DNA from: Lama glama
Taxonomy: Eukaryota
Reading direction: 5' to 3'
Assembly: GCA_028534125.1 (NCBI GenBank)
Contig: CM052817.1
Location: 106,890,001 to 106,954,000, forward strand
DNA: 64,000 bases
Of the stretch, positions 60,876 to 64,000 are shown one piece after another. The notes beneath the pieces are model-generated. The model made no database searches and was not told the origin of the DNA. It worked only from the letters and a program-made list of their open reading frames with translations. The position numbers and the translations under genes are program-made. The number at the start of each line of letters is the position of its first letter. Positions within the stretch are counted from its first letter, which is position 1.

Positions 60876-61433
60876 CTGGCTCAAACAGGGAAGACAGAGC
60901 AGAAAACACCGTCATGACCGTGAAGCAAAAAGTGCTAGGACAGTCCCTACAGATGATTTAGAGCTTGCATTTCAAAGAGGGAACAAATGACCCAAGGCCA
61001 GTGGGCCGATCGCCAGGGTCCCAGGGCTTTCAGACACCCGCACGGGGCACCAGGCACTCCGCTCTTCTCGTGACTCAGGACAACACGAGGAAGAAATTCC
61101 TTCTGTTCCCCCCAAACACATGAAAACAAGATAGAATGATCGCCAATTGAGAGCATCATCTTGCTTTGACAAGAGGCATTCTATTTTGAACTTTTAAGTC
61201 ACAAAGTCTGAAAAGTTCATGCCTCCCTATATTTCCATCCACATTATATAAAACACTGCAAGTACTGGGAGATAACACGAGGGATTTGGAATACTGGACC
61301 CAACGATGAGTGTATCGTAACTCTTGAACTATGCAAACTTGTTGCCGCCCATCGCTTCTAAAGGGGGAAGCCTGAGGGCTGGCTTTCTGTTCACGCACTG
61401 TACGGGGGTCCCTACGGGGAAAGCCGCCCACAC

Positions 61434-61570
61434 CTCTTCGCCGTCATTGAGCACGATGGTCCCCGCTCTCTCCACCACCGCGAACACCATCACCGCACAC
61501 AGCTCCCGTCTCACCGACATGGTCATGTTGGCAAAAGCGGGCAGCTGGTGCATGAATTCCAAGAGTTGTT
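61434..61570 (-). CDS. RAPGEF2: RAPGEF2 exon (CNB domain start): (E)[45 protein letters not shown]
   Basis: Acceptor tttcag|AA, donor GAG|gtgtgg; 137 nt, phase 1-0. Confidence 0.95.
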
Positions 61571-62287
61571 CTGAAAAGCAAGAGACGTGCATTAAAATTA
61601 CAACTGTTTTAAAAAACAGGTGCCAGCGGAGAACACTCTAGGCTTGTTTCTTCTTAGAGGCCCTACGATCCTGCCTAGTCAGCCGTACAGTGAATTTGAG
61701 CATCTTTAGCACAAGCTGAATGCCCTGCAGTTATACGGACAATTCTGCCACGGTGGAGAGGGTGACGTTTCCAGGCCAACCCAGGAGCCCCAGGACACAC
61801 TGTACCTCAAATTCTAATGGGAATGAAGAAATTCATAAACGTCAAGTGGGGAATCTCTATTGAAAGTGAGCTATGATGTTATCAAGGCTTAATAAGGGAT
61901 GAAATGATGGGCGGAAATGAAACAGAGCTCTGAGAATTCTCCAAAAAGTCAGGAAGTCTGGTCCAGTGTCTTCTGGGCGACTAACTGGGTACCTGGAACA
62001 GACAGCAGGAACAGCCATCTGGACTCCCCTGGGACTTAGAAACCAGGCAATATTTTCTATGGAGCAGACAAATCTGGAAAAATTAAGCAATTATAAAATT
62101 TACAGCCTGACATGGTAAGTGCAAATGAAAATTGTTCTCTTATTTCTCATCCTGCAGATTGGCAAAAACAAGGTTTGACCATCGCCCGACTGGCGATGTG
62201 GTGGAGAAACGGCGTCTGCTCTGGTCCAGTTCCAGCAGCTGTTTGGATGGGTGACTTCAGTCTTCCCAAGCCCTGTGGTATCTATTC

Positions 62288-62432
62288 TTTTTTTTTTTTT
62301 GAGGGGGAGTCTTTAGGTCTGTCTGTCTATTTATTTATCCCTAGTTAGTTTTTTTTTTTTAACAGAGGTACTGAGGATTGAACCCACGACCTCAAGTACT
62401 CACATGCTCTATTACTGAGCCATACCCTCCCC
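62288..62432 (-). mobile_element. tRNA-Ala-derived SINE (diverged) with TSD
   Basis: Reverse-complement head; flanks ctgtggtatctattctt and ctgtggtctctgttctt. Confidence 0.85.
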
Positions 62433-64000
62433 TGCTGTGGTCTCTGTTCTTGATTTTCTCTATTGTTCGGGAGCTTTCCTACGTACTTCCTAAGTTCCTT
62501 CCCGACCCCTCACCATGGCTCTGTGCGATGCGTGGTTTCTTTCTCATTCCCCAGGGAGGAAACCGAGGCTGAAGGTCATCTAATTAGGAGGCAGCAGGGC
62601 CAGGATTCAGAACTGCCTGCCCCCAAAGCTCACGCTGGGCATTATGGGTGGTGGCCAGAGCACAGGGTGCGTGTCAGACAGCATCCAAACTTGTATTTCT
62701 TGGGGAAGGCTGATTCGTTTCCCCGAGGCATGCTTTTCTCATCTGTAAAAGCATCACACGATGCCCACCTTCACTGGGCAGCTCTGAAGAGCAAATGCAC
62801 TCCGTGTGGTAAAGTCCTTCTCGCAGAAGAAACGATTGACAAATGAGAACTGCTGGCTGGTGCTGTCACTACTGTCCTATTCATGGTGTCATTCAAACTT
62901 CCGGCTAAAAATTCCAACTACGCTTTCTCTTGCCCCCACATAAGGAAACTGTCCCTATGCACGCTGCTTGTATCTGTGAGGATTTAGTGACAAATTTCAT
63001 GTTAGTGGATATAGTTTGTTCCTTGCAAAAAAACAACGTATAATACAAAGATGTATTCTGTGAAAACATGACATTTCCACAAGGTCAGACTAGGTGGTTT
63101 TTGCTGGCCCAGCGTGGTAATGTCTGCTCTGGTGAGACCCTACGTCATCCCCCGTGTGTAAGACTCTCATTACCCGGGGTGGCTTTGGTAACCAGGAGGA
63201 CAACAATGCTAAGTGGTACCCAGGGAGCGGGTCCAACAAGACAGAGTTCTTCAGCCTGACCTCGACTAGCGTGTCAGGAAATCAATTCGCTGCTGCAACC
63301 AGCATTTTTAAAAAGGAAGCAGCAAGAGAAAGTACATCACTTACAGGAAGGATTCGTTCTGGTTAGTGAAACTTTTATTTCTGGAATGAGCAGACGGGCT
63401 CGTGTCATGCCATAAAAATCTCTCTCTACCTGAGGGCAGCGATAAAGCAGTTTTGAAAGCCACTGCAGGAGACGCCCCAAACGGCTACACATGGGACGTG
63501 GGACTCGTTTCTTTACAGATGCCTGGCCTTTCTCTATGAAACAGAAAGGCCAATGGACACATCGTGGTCCTCGGACTGGGGCATCGGTCGGTTCTGCTCT
63601 CACTGGCCTCAGTTTTCTTTCACCATCAGCCCCACCTCCACCATGAGGTATTAAAACACTAGGTACAAACCACACAGTTTGTTTTTTCCTCTCCTAGTAA
63701 GAGCTGAAGGTCCTTGGACAAGCAAAGATGTATGCTCGTAAGAAAGACATGAGAGCAGAAAAATAATTGTCAGAAATGTTTCCGGTTTAACATACTATTA
63801 TGTTAAGACAATGATAAAAGTCAAATTACGGCCACAGATGACTGGAGAATATAAAGTATAAAATGTATTCACTATTACCGTGACCTGAAGGGCTCGCACA
63901 GACATCTGTCTTGCTTTTTGTCAGTCTCCTAATCCCTCAGTGGGTCATGAAATCAATTTGTGATATATGACTAGTGACTAACATTAAAGAAATACAACAG

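Larger units (their letters stand above)
27436..64000 (-). other. RAPGEF2: RAPGEF2 transcription unit (3' portion: 21 coding exons plus 3'UTR; 5' exons outside the window)
   Basis: Spliced minus-strand ORF fragments match the RAPGEF2 protein as I recall it, from [13 protein letters not shown] to EDEQVSAV*. All introns are GT-AG and phases agree. The CDS in the window is 4,124 nt (2 nt + 1,374 codons including stop). Confidence 0.97.

Noticed and set aside
2166..62432. tRNA-Ala genes
   Set aside because: The tRNA-like copies have extra 5' bases, A-rich tails, TSDs and many substitutions. They are SINEs rather than tRNA genes.
1..64000. CRISPR arrays, rRNA, operons or other prokaryotic-type systems
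   Set aside because: This is eukaryotic intron-exon and repeat DNA; I saw no repeat-spacer arrays or rRNA similarity.

Overview
Mammalian genomic DNA, very probably camelid: it carries at least 11 copies of a tRNA-Ala(AGC)-derived SINE resembling the camelid Vic-1 family. The right ~36.5 kb holds the 3' part of RAPGEF2 (PDZ-GEF1, a Rap1/Rap2 guanine exchange factor) on the minus strand. I reconstructed 21 coding exons from GT-AG sites. They total 4,124 nt with consistent phases (~1,374 aa, covering the CNB, REM, PDZ, RA and CDC25-GEF domains, two PY motifs and a C-terminal -SAV), followed by a ~2-kb 3'UTR with a poly(A) signal near 27,452-27,461. The 5' exons lie beyond the window. The left ~27 kb is repeat-rich intergenic DNA (L1, L2, MIR, MaLR/ERVL LTRs, a Tigger-like DNA transposon, SINEs) with no supportable gene. 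I found no wholly new biological system. The leads most worth following are: a 24-nt microexon with neural splicing motifs; candidate unannotated alternative or poison exons; a GC-rich, diverged penultimate exon containing a perfect CTCF motif; inverted SINE pairs placed to drive circRNA formation or RNA editing; a miR-19-rich 3'UTR; and a deleted ERV-L provirus with an integrase fossil. Human comparisons and repeat family names are from memory, not database searches.
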